DNA of 62,985 bases, filler included, from Phoronis australis (GCA_002633005.1; 6 parts of 6 records of this genome joined end to end with filler, not necessarily neighbours in it), one strand, 5' to 3'. Positions 24,671 to 38,095 are shown, counted from the first letter of the whole stretch. Notes: a model not told the origin generated them from the letters alone. A program made the numbers and translations.

Positions 24671-27399
24671 AAATAGACAAGAGGTCGGTGTAAGTAGACC
24701 AATAGATTTTAATAATAGTTGTAACAAGCCACCATCTCAGAGCGGTTTTAGAAAGTGATGTGGAAACTGTGAAACCCATCCGTCTATAATGTTTACCATC
24801 ATCTAGTGACTCATGTATTATTGAGACCAAACAATGGTTTAGAATATTTCTATACCGAGGTATACTAAGCATAAGTTTTGTTTCATGAGTACTATAAATA
24901 ACATTACTGTTTAGAAATCAGAATACGATACATCTGGGCATGAAGTCACCATTCCGGAAAAGGAATATTTACAGGAACAATATCAACAGTAATAAAATAT
25001 ACCCGCATTTGTACACACACAGAAAAATATTTAAGAGATGCTTACAAAGGTAAGTTGTTAGGTTACGCAAAGACATTTGATAGTAAACTTAACATTGCTA
25101 AACAAACACTCCAAAACCACGTCAATGGTTATATGATAAGTTTTCATGAACCAAAAATTAGTCAAAGTTGAACTACATCGCTGTTATAAATCAGGACTTC
25201 TTACAAGTCTCGTAACGTTACCTACATATCGGACGACTGGTGATTATTTATTAAGTTATTGAAATATTTGTAAATGCGTTGCTATTAACTGTTGCAGAGA
25301 CAGGACGGGGCAAAATACTTTAATTAAAACTGAAGTTATTTAAATTAGCCCCAAAATGAAACTATAGAATGTTTTGTGCGATGCATTCCCAATAACAAAG
25401 TTCTTTTCATTTTTAGACATGGCAATAGCAAAAGCTATAAAATAAAGCCAAAGTACCAATAGTCAAAGGAAAATCATTCCAAGTATTTAGAGCCTGTTCT
25501 ACTTCTTTCCGGTTACCTGTATATGTACCGTTCGACAAAAAATAATTCGTAAAACTTTACCTTCTGACTTGTATGAGCACCCAAGCAGTCACAACTGTAC
25601 ATGGAAATATATTTCCCTTTTATGTATTATGATGGCAATAACGCCGAAAAAAAGTTGCTGTGATTTAACAATAAACCTGTCAGTTTTGAAAAGGTGCGAC
25701 ATGTGATTCCTGCTCATCCGGCTAGAGCCGCAACAAAAGCATGTAGACGATACTTCTTACATGAGCGTTTCACAGGAAATATGAACATCATACAGGTGTT
25801 CGGAGTGCTCAGCGACATTATAGAAGGACTTTTTTAGATAAAATCTAACGCCGCCCTCTGCTAAACGAGCTTTAGTGACGAGTGTCTGGGACTAACCTAT
25901 AGTACACACCTTTTTGTTGACCGGCGCTGTTTTCATATGCGCAAAGGAAAATGCTTGGCGTTTGTAGACGCCGGAGCAACACGCTGGTAAGGTGAGTTGT
26001 GTTTGGGTGAGGTAATCAGGGCGATCAAAAAAGCAACTATGTGCATATCCGGTAACAGGTTTCACTCTCACTTGCGGACTTAGTAACATGAATCCAAATC
26101 AAATTTCATTGATTATTAAGAAATGCATAACATTCGTCTACGTTATGAGTCGCATGCCGTCTAAAACCGAAAATCGTCTCCTAAATGGTGAAATTGTTTG
26201 ACTTTACATGATTTTTCGTCTTCCTAACATTATAAGCAGGTACTTTCGTCCTTTAGATAACGTATTTTTTTCATTTTAATTTAAAACATTCCTGCTTTAA
26301 TTTTGGAAGTGCCCGAAAAAGCGGCCGAACTAGTATATTTTTAGAAAAACCGTATGCAAGGGTCTGCTCTCGGAAACGAGCTACTTTTTTAACCGTTTTT
26401 GATTTAGAAAAGACACTAAAAGTTTTCATTGTCGCCTTCACAAGTCACGTTTGTGAAGTGTGCAAACTCGGGACGGTACAAGCGTCACTACTGTTATTTA
26501 CAAGGTACCGATTGTACACTGTCTTGCAGGCTTCATTCCTTTTACAAAACCGGTCCAATAAAGACTTTTTTCAATTTGTCCATGGAAATAAAACAAGACT
26601 TTACGAATTGGTGCATTCGTTGCCCTGACCGGGATCATTTTTTGCTCTTGTTTTGTTTGTTTGCATTCTACAGGTCGCATTTTCGTCCGATTCGCACAAA
26701 ATTGTCACAAAAAACCTAACTATGGAATAGCCCAAAGCCTGTACTTTTTCGTCATGATCGGAGTCAAGAAGGGCCATTTTGTTTTTGAATTCAGATTCAA
26801 ATGCTCATAGAGGTCGCGATTTTTGACATAGACGGCTGAAAATCTACACTATTATTGTAACAGACGTGTATTATACATTTGCTTTGAATTGTGAACTTCG
26901 AGCCAAAAATGGTGGAAATATCGGCTACTTAGCTGGAAGTTTCAACTTGACGGACCTGATGCCGTTTCATCACTATTGAATCGTGCTGGGTTGTTATTTT
27001 AAACACAAGAGCAAATGACGTGAAACTTTACATGCTGATTTAAGTTTTACTCTTTCAAATGAATACTAACTTTTTCTTGCACAGGCCGTTTTAGTTAGTT
27101 GACTGTCATCTTAAAAAATGTATCGTCTGATTTTTTTTTGAAAATTTCGGCAATTTATTGCAACTTTTTGGTGTGATAGAACTTTGAAAGGGTTTTCAGA
27201 AGGTGTTTTTTTATTTTTCGATAGGACGTCCCTTTATTGATTTTTGGGGATGTTGTGATGACGCTGTTCCTTTGTTGACTGACTTTTGGCGCACTTTTGT
27301 TTACGTTTTATTGAGCAAGACTACGTTTCTTACTCGTTTCGGACATTTTCATTCATTATACTTACTAACTTATAAAGAGTCATGTTGGTGCCGCTGACT

Positions 27400-28390
27400 G
27401 TCGCTCATCTGCTGCTTTTTAGGAATCTCCATTGGCCGTTTCGGCCCTGATCCAATTCGACTTCCAATACCCGGGCTCCGTGAGGTAGAAACTTACCTCA
27501 GGTCTTGCGACAGTCATGTTTCCATGTGTTACTTCTCTGCAGCCAGATGTATGCTGAAACTGCTTCTGTTGCTACTGAACACGTCTTTTGTAGTTTTTGC
27601 CGTAATGACTTGCGTGTTGTGAGCACCATAAGCTTCGTCATTCTCCGTAATTCTTTGCGGTAATCTTCTACAGCCAACCTCCACACGAATGTCGTGACAC
27701 TTCAATCTATCATCTGTGGAGTAATGTATTAGACCTCGAGACTTAAGTGTTTTCTTCTCGTCTCCCATGTCAGTGTTAGCTCTACTATGGCCATTTTTTC
27801 GGGCTGTCTGACCATTAAACAATATCAGACCTCATTGCTGTCACTGCTCTGTTTGTTGGAAAACTTGCCAGATTTTCCATATCTACGGGCATCTTGTAGT
27901 CTATGGATTTGTGGAATAAACCCTGGTGTTGACTTCCTCTTTCATCACTGCACTTTTTTCCCTGCTGTTCTTTCAATGGCCAAGACCTTCATCACTTGTT
28001 TATGCCTCCATGTGTACATGGCCTCTGCCACTGCTGCTTTGCACGCCAACAGTATGGGCTACACAGTTCCCCGTTCCCATCAGCTAACACATCTGTCGTC
28101 TTCAGTTTCCCCCATCGACTCAAATACTCGTCGTGGGTAGTTGTTAGTACTCTGCTCTAAACACAAGGCTGAGTTTCTGACTTTCCGATGACAACAAATC
28201 TTCTGGAGTGGCCTTCTTTCTCAAGCAGCTATGTCAAGTTCTCCATTCACCCTGCTTCTTAAGTCCACTGCTATAGCATCCCTCTCCTCTTCCTCTGCAA
28301 CGCGTTTCCTCTGAAGTGCTAGATCTCCACCTTCCTTCCCTTTTGTTTTCTTCCACCTGTTAGATGGTAGGAAACCTTGCCCTTGTGTCA
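27400..28390 (-). mobile_element. Degenerate RLE-type non-LTR retrotransposon 3' region (Hero-clade-like)
   Basis: Across stops and frameshifts: KKQGEW, Y*QLPT, RWGETEDDRCV..ERGTV.PIL.AC..A.AE..YTWRHKQVMKVLA (zinc knuckle), RSDIV*WS...AIVELTLTWE (RLE PD..E motif), VEVGCR, A.EA.SAYIW..R. Confidence 0.75.
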
Positions 28391-29192
28391 GAATTAATAT
28401 GTATTAAGTAATTGGAAAGAATAGATCCATTTCAAGTTGCCGAAAATTTGTGAATATTTAATTTTAAATCATGGGGTCAAACTTGTTGACATGTATTTTA
28501 ACGGCAAAATCTATTTTTAAATGGTGTTTACAACTTTGGGTTCTGGGGTCAGAGCAATCTAGAGATTCTAGAAAATTCTTAGAACAGATCGTAACAGCCA
28601 AAGATGTGATTAGATAAGACCATGTGGTTTTTATTAGCCAATCTCTAAATGAGTAGAATATTATAATATGGGCTAAAATCAAGAAGATATTCACATGTGC
28701 CATTGTAGTTGAAGCATAAAGGCTTGCTACAGTGTACAACAGAGCCATCTCAAAAGATTCTAGAGAGGATCTTGGCAAAGGCAAGGGTTAACGAAAGGGA
28801 AGTTAACTAAGAGCTTGTCACTTGCATTGTGGGTAGTAAGATACTGAATGAAGTGTTGCCTCACCAGAGACTGTGAGCAGCAAAAAGAATCATGGGTAGT
28901 AGAAATTGCTTACAAGTGTTGAAACACCAGAGACGGTGACTAGCAATTACACTGTTGCAATACAGTGTGTGTGTAGTTCGAAGATTCACCAACAGGACAG
29001 TCATCCAACAAGTGGAGAGTGCTACCTTGGATAGAAGATAAGACATTTCATTAATTTGGTTCATTGATTGAAAAAATCTTTAAAGAGGGCGCNNNNNNNN
29101 NNNNNNNNNNNNNNNNNNNNNNNNNNNNNNNNNNNNTTAATTAATTAANNNNNNNNNNNNNNNNNNNNNNNNNNNNNNNNNNNNNNNNNNNN

Positions 29193-29351
29193 AACAGCTG
29201 CTGTTTGTGATGCAGTAGGCGCTTGTGCAGTTTACAGCGATACACCTTGCTAGAGGCGGCCAAGCGCATCAGACCCTGGCGTGTCTGAAGGGCACCCTCA
29301 CCCTGCAGGAAGTCCCACCGAGTGGAGCCACCCACACCATCTGTGCAGTTA
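29193..29351 (-). CDS. Possible orphan exon of an unidentified gene, cut by a contig end
   Basis: GC-rich, acceptor cttgtttcag, and a single open frame (G)NCTDGVGGSTRWDFLQGEGALQTRQGLMRLAASSKVYRCKLHKRLLHHKQQL running into the gap. No homology recognised. Confidence 0.35.
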
Positions 29352-29399
29352 CCTGAAACAAGGTACAGCAGTGATCTCACGTGAATGCTTCAGTGATGG

Positions 29400-32153
29400 T
29401 AGTTCTCCACACAGAGGGGGTAAGAAATGACACTGAATATCAACTTATAAAAATTGGCTAGAAATCTTAACAACAAACTAAGGAAATATTAAACAAAAAC
29501 AAAATTTTCAATGAAGATAAAAACAGTAGCTTCAAAGACACTTTGGACATCAAATATTAACTTTTAAATTTCCAAAGGTGAGTTAAATTGGTGAAAAACA
29601 TTGATTCACACCAAGAAGGCGGTAACAGAATAAGATGTAAAACTTATTATATACCGTCTTTACTACTTTTCGCAGCACTTGAGTATCCCTGGATTACTGG
29701 TCCTGGTGGATTTTGAGAAGGCGTTCGATTCAGTTTCCTGGGTATTTCTACAAAAAACTCTGTCTTTTTAATTTTGGCCCAAACATCAAAAAGTGGGTAT
29801 CGTTGCTCAATGAGGGAGCTATGGCTTGTGTAATTCAATATGGAAAAACTTCTCAATTTTTTTAAATGGGCAGAGGCTGTAAACAAGGAGACCCTTTATC
29901 TCCCTATGTTTTTTTACTATGTGCTGAGATTATGGGAATTCTCTTTAGGAAAAAAATATAAAAGGTATACAAATTGGAGCTCAAGAATTTAAACTAGTTC
30001 AATATGCAGATGACACTGCTATCATACTTGATGGTTCCGAAAGATCATTAAAAAACTCTCTTGATCTGCTTGACCAGTTCTCAAAGTATTCAGGTCTAAC
30101 TCCTAATTTAGAAAAAACAACTTGTGTTTGGATAGGTTCTATGAGGCAAAGTAATTCAAGGGTATGTTCTGAAAAGGACTTAAAATGGTCTACCTCACAG
30201 TTTAGTATCCTCGGGATTGTTTTTTCTACTGACATCCAGGAAATGAGTATTTTAAATTTTGATCGCAAGTTGGTTGATATTAAAAAAGAAATTATGAGAT
30301 GGTCAAAAAGAAACTTAAGTACTCTTGGTAAAGTTACAGTGGTCAAATCATTTATTCTACCAAAACTGATTCATGTTTTATCTTCTTTGTCAATCCCTAA
30401 TAATCTGTTTTGTAAAGAACTAGAAAAACTGTTTTTTCACTATATTTGGGAAGGAAAGTGTGACAAAATTAGGCGCAGAACCATGATTCAACATTATGAA
30501 ATGGGTGGTTGTAAAATGATAGATGTTTACTCTTTTGTAAAGGCAATTAAGATAANCCTAATAATCTGTTTTGTAAAGAACTAGAAAAACTGTTTTTTCA
30601 CTATATTTGGGGAGGAAAGTGTGACAAAATTAAGCGCAAAACCATGATTCAACATTATGAAATGGGTGGTTGTAAAATGATAGATGTTTACTCTTCTGTA
30701 AAGGCAATTAAGATAACATGGATGCGTAGGATCTTAAAAGCCACAAATTCTACTGCATGGTTAAATCTCATCTTAAACACTGATTTGATATCATTGGAGT
30801 GTCTAAAATTTGGGACCTATTTCTACAAATATGCAGCATCTCGAACTGAGAACCCTTTTTGGAAGGAACCATTTAACTTTCTGTATGATTTTTCTAATAT
30901 AATAGATCAGGAGGAAATACCATATCAGCCAATTTGGTATAATACTAATGTATTGATTGGTGGAAAACTGTATTTTGGAGAAGATGGTTTGAAAAGGGTG
31001 TTTATTATATCTGAGACCTACTAGACGATCATGGATATTTGTTATCTTTTGAAGGTTTTTGCAAAAAGTTCAATTTTAGACCAATATTTTTAATTTTTAT
31101 GGGCTCAATGAGGCTGTTTGTCAAAAATGGAAAATCTCAAAAAGAGACAAGTTTTCCTTCTACGCACCCTCTATCCCAATTTTTGTGAAATTGTTACTTG
31201 CAAACAAGAAGGGAACAAAACATATATATAACACTTTGGTGCTAAACAAATATGCCCGGCCTAGGTCTGAGATGAAGTGGCAGGCAGAACTTCCTATACC
31301 TGACACTACAGAATGGTGGAAATTTGCCTACTTTCTAAATTTTACACTTGACGTGAAACTTCGATGGTTTCAATTTAGACTGTCACATAGGATAATTAGC
31401 TGTAACTCTTACCTTGTCAAAATTGGGGTAACCAACTCCCCCTTGTGTACGTTTTGTAAGACTGAACCTGAGACTTTGCTTCACCTATACTGGCAATGTG
31501 ATGTTGTTCAAAATTTTTGGAACAATGTTGAAGGTTGGGTTAGAAACAAAACTAATATTTCCNTTTTGTAAGACTGAACCTGAGACTTTGCTTCACTTAT
31601 ACTGGCAATGTGATGTTGTTCAAAATTTTTGGAACAATGATGAAGGTTGGGTTAGAAACAAAACTAATATTTCCCTTGGTACAAATGTGCTTACAGTTTT
31701 CTTTGGAAACAGATGTAGAAGCCAGCCAATTCAAAGTTTAATCTTGTTTCTCAGCAAGTTCCATTTATATAAGCAACGTCTCAAGGGTAAACCTCCAAAT
31801 TTAATTGTATTAACAAAAGAAATTAACAGTTATTACTCCAGTGAAAAACATATCCATTCAAAAAATTTACAAATGGAAAAATTTACAAACAGGTGGTCAC
31901 AAATGCATAATTTTATAGCAATGTAAGGATATTTTATCATTCCAAAATACTCTCCCCCCTCCTTTTTTTTTCAGAGCCATATACTACTATATTGTCTTGT
32001 ATGTTTTTGTTTTCTTTTGTTAAATCTATTTCAAAATCCGGTTCACGTACATTTTTAACTTAGTAAACTTTATTTTCATTGAATTGTAAAGTAAGGCAAG
32101 GGAATCCCAGACCTTTGTCCTTACTTATGTTGAACTGGGAGAATAAAAAAAAA
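29400..32153 (+). mobile_element. 5'-truncated, frameshifted LINE of the Tx1/L1 clade (RT + zf-RVT, poly-A end)
   Basis: VDFEKAFDSVSW, GCKQGDPLSPYVF, LVQYADDTA, W.KRNLSTLGKVTVVKSFILPKL, GG.KMID, CTFCKTEPETLLHLYWQC..VQNFW; ORF stop at 31926; AATAAA plus A-run at ~32142-32153. The 5' boundary is approximate. Confidence 0.9.
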
Positions 32154-32376
32154 GTCGTTGGAATTTTACCAGGAGAAATGATTGACCAGCTAAATCGGAA
32201 GCTGGACTTGTCAGTACCTTCGTGCTATCTATCCGTTGGTGCTTTTGCGTGTATCTTTGGAATAGACTCCTCCTAAGTTATTGGGACAATAATCGGCCAC
32301 ACATTCAAGCAAATGCCCTCGGAAATGTTGCTTAAATAGTCGGACATAAAACACAATACTTTTGTTCCTAGATATA

Positions 32377-33185
32377 CACTGGTGACCTAAAGTCGTGAAT
32401 ATAAGCATAATAAGCAGTTGATTGTCATACTACCCAATATCCGTTTGCAACTGCTCATGTGATGTCATGGACACACATCAGCCTTTGCAAATATACGTGT
32501 TTTGACAATCTTAATCCTTGTTTGTATCCGTAAGCAAAGTTTTAAAACAGTCGCTAATATTGCCGGCCATTTTGACTGAATGAGGCCCTAAAGTCGTGAA
32601 CGTTCTGTTAAGACGGAAATGCACGAAGTATGACCACGCAAGTCAACTACAGTGCTTACAGTTACTCTAGATGACATCAAAATGCATTGCATTGTTTATT
32701 AATTCAGTTTCTATTGAAATAAATTGTTATAAGTTTTGCACCCAACTTTGACGTGCACAGACGTTTTCAATGAGGTTATTCACGTAAAACGCTAAGAACC
32801 CAGCATCAATTGTCGCTCTGTATTTTATTGTTTTGGCCTTACAAAACTTGATCGACCCTGGGACACTTTGACACATTGTTCAAGCTACCCCTGGAGCGCG
32901 TGTTTGAGTAAATCTGAACGATAAATATTTTCGAAAACATATCCCAAAAATGCACAAAGAGTGAATTAGTGAAATATGCTGTTTTTAAGATACATTTGAA
33001 AAAAGAAGCCACTCACTCACTTTTTATTATCATATTGTAAATATCAACACGCCCGGGTATCCGTTTTGCGTTCGTAAGCAGACGAACGCTGGAAACTTCA
33101 ACGCTAGATGTCGCAGGACCGTGCAGAAGAGAAAATAACATCGCTCACGATTTTAGGGCACTCACGACTTTAGGACCTCTGACGG
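32377..33185. mobile_element. Tc1/mariner(pogo)-like MITE
   Basis: TA flanks; TIR cactggtgacctaaagtcgtga versus tcacgactttaggacctctgacgg; extra subterminal copies of cctaaagtcgtga at ~32587 and ~33145. Confidence 0.6.
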
Positions 33186-33474
33186 TACTTGCACGCATTT
33201 TCAGTTCGGTGGCTCTAGTGTAGGGATATCTGATTTTGGCTATTGCGTTCACCCAACTGGTCGCCTTTTTTGAGCACCTCCAGGACCTCTGCACTAGCCA
33301 TAGCAGCGGGATATTCCCGAAATTGTTGTTTTTAAATACATTTTGTTATTTTTCATTTATATTGTCCGAATGGATATCTCTTTGTTTCGTAGCAAAAATG
33401 AGGTAATTTTTTTCTCATGCATATACCGTGAGTTGACGTTCACCAGTGACGTCGTTCTGTTGAGTGGTCTATCC

Positions 33475-33572
33475 TATATATATATATAGGACATACCACT
33501 GATATTATTCTGTTGAGAGGTATATCCTCTCTCTCTATATATATATATTTATATATATATATATATATATAT
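33475..33572. repeat. (TA)n microsatellites
   Basis: Interrupted TA runs. Confidence 0.85.
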
Positions 33573-35032
33573 TTGATAGACTGATTAATGAATTTGCAAG
33601 CGTGGTATTGGCTGGGCAATACATTATTAAGAATTCAATTTAAGAGCACGTCCACGAATGGACCAGGCAAAAAAGTGATAAAGGCTATGTCACGGATTTC
33701 CTCGATTGTTTGCATGGTGGTAGGGGTTGATGCCCCAACCTTCATACCACCATTATTTTTTTTTGCGTGCGCCACCTTGTGGTTGCTATGGGAACGTGTT
33801 GTTTTTCTGCCAATTCCAAGCCTCGTTACAGCTACATTTTGGCACTTTTTGCGAACTTACCTTGCGAACAATAGTGCAAAATGAAACACTTCAAGTTTAT
33901 CACTGAACTGGGGTGTCTTTCAACTTGCCAGTCGTAGAAAATGTCACGGTTTCAGTTACATCTTAGCCGTTTTTGAGGGCTACCAGTTTAGCTAGTTTGT
34001 GGTGATTCCAAAATGCTGAAAATTGCCCTATTTCCTGCCTCAATATCTCAGCTGAAGCCAAATTTAAAACAACAAAACTACAACCAGTGTTTAGATTGAT
34101 CTTAGCTCTACAAAATAAAACCATAAAAAGTCTAGGCAATTACCCTTCTTCATACCGCATCGGGCTCTAGAAGTAGGGCACCTCACCAAAATTGTGCAAC
34201 TGGCCAATGTTTGCATAGTACCAAATGTATGCGAGGATTCAAAATACAGATTTGAAATCTTAAAATAGGCGATCGAACATATCAAGAAAGCTTTAATTTT
34301 TTTACTTTACACAAAAGAATGAGTAGCACAATAAGGCACGTTGGTTTCCTTTGACCCTGACGATAACGCTGCCAATAGCATGTGCATACATGTATACTCA
34401 CCGTTTCAAAATGCATTATGGTTGAGTAAAAAATCTATAAAGTAAGTCTTCAATTTTACATAACTGCGAACTCGAATTCTGAAAATTTAGTGTGTGGGTC
34501 TGATTGAAATTTAGTTTTCTAATGTTCTCGAAGTCGGTTGATCGTGTCCCGACGCATCTCAATTCAACTAATTTTATAAAAAACAATAATAGGTATATTG
34601 GGCCGGAAGGAGACAACTGCATCTCCATATACAGTGTATATCACCAAACCCGAACAAATCAGACAGCAAAGTAGTTAGTCATAAAAAAAGAGATATATTG
34701 AAATGGTATGGGATAGATGCTGTGAAATGAGGTTAGAAAAACTGATCATATAAGGATAGTCGACTACCGGTGAAATTGGCGTTGTTGAATAACTTTTCTT
34801 ACGCTTCTCATTCGGGAAAGTACTCGAACAGCACACGCCCAGATGTGCATATGCATGTCTGAATATTCTCGCATTATGGATACCAGTTTCTTAGTTTTCA
34901 CCACAACGCATAGAATGATGTATTTGCGGAAGGTTCGTAGACGTTTTCATAAAAAACACAGGAAACCGAGTATTTCACACGCAAGATAGCAGAAAAATCA
35001 GTTCAGATGTTTTTTTGCATCTATCACAGTTT

Positions 35033-35335
35033 CAATGGCGGATTCCGGGAGGGGGCCACGGGGGCCATGCCCCCCTAAAATTCTCCCAGATACCATTCGT
35101 CAGTTCGGGGTGCGAATTGCTGACTAGCATATGCGTGCACCCTGGGGGCTCCGGGGCGAATGCACAATGCATTGGCCTTGAACAAACCCTGTTTACCAGA
35201 TTTTCTTAGTAATAAGGTCCACAAACCAAAAAAATTCGAGACCCCTGCATCCCTACATTTTAGAGTGTGCGCGCGGATGTAGCGAAATTCTGTGCCCTGG
35301 CCCCCCTCCAACTCAAAATCCTGGATCCGCCCGAG
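35033..35335. mobile_element. hAT-like MITE (CA.TGGCGGA..TCCGCC termini)
   Basis: caatggcggattccgggagggggc / gccccc..aaatcctggatccgcc. Related 3' ends at 36070-36141, 55400-55575 and 48630-48775. Confidence 0.6.
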
Positions 35336-36069
35336 TTTAGTATGGGTATGTAATGGTGTTTGGTGCTTACCATCAGTCAGACTCCACATGTAGTGTCAGC
35401 TACTTCATTGAAAAATCATAAGACAATGCATGTGCAGCAAAACGAAAATAAAATACACAAAGTTAACATTCAGACTGCATATAGGTGAACTTGGGTAATC
35501 CCGTAAAGAGATTTTGGAACAAAAACTGTCCTGATTTAAATCATTGTTTATTACCTTAGACATAGAGATGCAGCAGAGCAGGTTATACTGTACTTATGTA
35601 GCAAAACGATAAGAGAGCCAAACATTAAACAAGCACCAAAGTAGTTTAGAGAATAGTAATACTACATTGAGGCTGATATAGGACACAGGCAAATTACACG
35701 CCATAAATCAAGTAAATAGAAAAGAACAAATGTGGTCACATTTACAAAATGCGAGCAAATTAGGTGTACAATGAGACACCTTTAGTCAGCACAGATGACA
35801 CGTGGAACACATGGACAAATGGAAATAGCATTTTGTCTGACTACTTTTGACATACTGTATTTCAAATGTCTCTGAGCCTTGCATAGATGAAATGTGCTAC
35901 TGCGGCAATTCCATTGACTCAACAATCTGTTGTCACAGTTGAAATCGACGGTCTTCCTCAGCAATTCTTTTCATTCCAAAGGCATCAAACTGTGCGAGTT
36001 GCCCAGAATGATTGAGTTCTGCTAAACGGGAAAATATTTAATCTGCTGAGGTGAGAGAAATTCTTCAGN

Positions 36070-36141
36070 TCAGTTTGCGCAAATGCTTACAGCCGGGCAA
36101 AATGTTGGGCCCCCCCTTGTGATATCCTAGATCCGCCACTG
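36070..36141. mobile_element. hAT-like MITE end, same family as 55508-55575
   Basis: tgcgcaaatgcttacagccgg.caaaatgttgggccccc..gatatcctagatccgccact occurs at both loci. Confidence 0.65.
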
Positions 36142-36379
36142 GGTTAAATGATTTGAAGCTGCAGGAACCTTTTTGACTCCGGGATATCTGCTTTACATCT
36201 GGGTTTTCTGTTTCCATGGAACACCCTGAATACGGAAATTGTTGACACGCGATAGAGCACAAAAAACTTTATTCAGGAAAATTGACCGTTTTTACAAAAT
36301 TTCACATAGAGCTAGCAAAACACCTTATCTTCACTCTCGGGAATCACAAATGGTGAATATACGCCCTGTAGCCACTTTC

Positions 36380-36501
36380 AACGGTAATGGTCTGATATAA
36401 CGTGCCCGAATTTTGAGAACCAGTTTTTCAGTCTCCACTGAAATAACGGCCATAAACTGGTTCTCAAAATAAGGGCAGGTTATATCAGACTGTTGCCCTT
36501 T
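36380..36501. mobile_element. Short palindromic MITE
   Basis: gtctgatataacgtgccc..ttttgagaaccagttt inverted against aaactggttctcaaaa..gggcaggttatatcagac. Confidence 0.6.
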
Positions 36502-38095
36502 CAACAGCGTAGAATTTTGTTTACTGCTTATCCGAGGTCACTCAAATCAAATCTCCCGGAGACTGGTATGAAGCAGTTCCATATATATCCTCAGTCCTTT
36601 CATTCACCGAGCTGCCATAATATCTAGTCAACGACGTGTTCATAGCATAAAAAGATACCACCGAAAACGATGACAAAACGTAGCTTTGATCTTGAGGGAG
36701 CTGTGTGTCTGCATGCAAACATGTACGACCGTTGATAACGAATGCACCAGGCCCGATTCGCTGAACCTCCTCTGTGACCTACATGTACTTCTCACTAACA
36801 GAACAAGTTGTTAATAAATAAACACAAATCCTCCCCCAAATTCATTAATTTGATCAGCCTTTTAACATTTCCCTGCTTCGATATCGTGTTCACGACTAGA
36901 TTTCCTTAGTCTACTGTTGGCCTAGTTACAACTGGCTCCGCCCTGTGCTATATGTACACAATTAAGTTAATTACGCACTCCAAATTCAGTTAACATTGCA
37001 AGTGAATGTTGAAATAACGAACAAGGTTAAGGCACGTATAGGATACATTGACCAAAAACAAGTTTTCACCGAATAATCAACCGAAGGCCTTGAGATATTC
37101 ACGCCTCAAAACTTAATCGTCTTTTTTCTCGGCTTCGGCAAATCGACTTAACTTAGCAATACGAGTTCTCGAAAACGGCTAGTGGATTTCGCTGAAACTT
37201 TGCAAACTTAATATTTATTTATCAATCTCAAAAACGTTGTTCGGTATAAAGGGCATTTTTTGCGTCAAGACAAATATGACTGCTTATTTTTGCTAGTTAA
37301 TTTGTCATAGAAAGCGAATTAAAAGACTAATATAAATTCCTAACAGTGATTTGAGGTAATTGGTGAAAGTTTTCATTTCAAAACGTTTCATTAAAATCGG
37401 CCAGGGGTTAATTTGCTTGCAATGTACCTTTCTTAGAAATGAAATTTTGACTTAAAAGTCGTTAGCGTAATAATAGCAATGACACGTTATTATAAAACAT
37501 ATATTTTAATCCCTCTTTGTTTCTTGCAGGAAATATGTTCTTTTAATAGTTGACAAATGCTAGTATTTGATACACGAGTTAGAAAAGAGGACACTGATAA
37601 AGATTTGAGATGACCTTAAGGCACTACTATCAACCTGATCTGAACCAGTTAGTAATCACCAACAGACATGTCTGGCGTTTGACTCATGCAGGAACTTGTG
37701 AAAGTCATGAGGTCATCGCTAATCGAGTTTACTGTTCAACATAATAAAGTCGATGACTTTTTAATACCTCCCCCAAGTGAGAATATTTTTCATTGTTTTG
37801 GGGAATTTAGCATTTTGGATACTCTCCACAACTGAGTGCTACTCTCACTGAAGCAGTAGTTACCATTGTGGGGTCGAAGAATGCATGCACAACACCGATA
37901 GACTTTTGCACGCCGACACAGCCAACCAAACCATCTGAAATCAACGGTAATTTGTTTTACCACGAGGTCTACAATGAACTTGTAAATCAAAACCTGCAAA
38001 AATGCCCGTCTGTTGCAAACATGATAAGGTACACAGAAAGCCACATATAAGTATAACTTACCATTGGTATATCCATAAACGATAGTAGGCCTAAA

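Larger units (their letters stand above)
24326..24721 (+). mobile_element. tRNA-headed SINE-like element with 149-bp inverted arms bearing hammerhead ribozyme motifs (Penelope-type termini)
   Basis: Arms 24326-24474 and 24573-24721 are inverted copies. The spacer is a tRNA-like sequence. Each arm has CTGACGA..GAAACGTC. Confidence 0.7.

Noticed and set aside
25890-27350. Non-autonomous DNA transposon
   Set aside because: Composition is suggestive, but matching TIRs or TSDs could not be identified.
27400-27450. Hammerhead-like motif at the 3' end of the Hero relic (GAAAC..CAGATGA on the minus strand)
   Set aside because: The core is mutated (CAGAUGA) and convincing stems could not be drawn.
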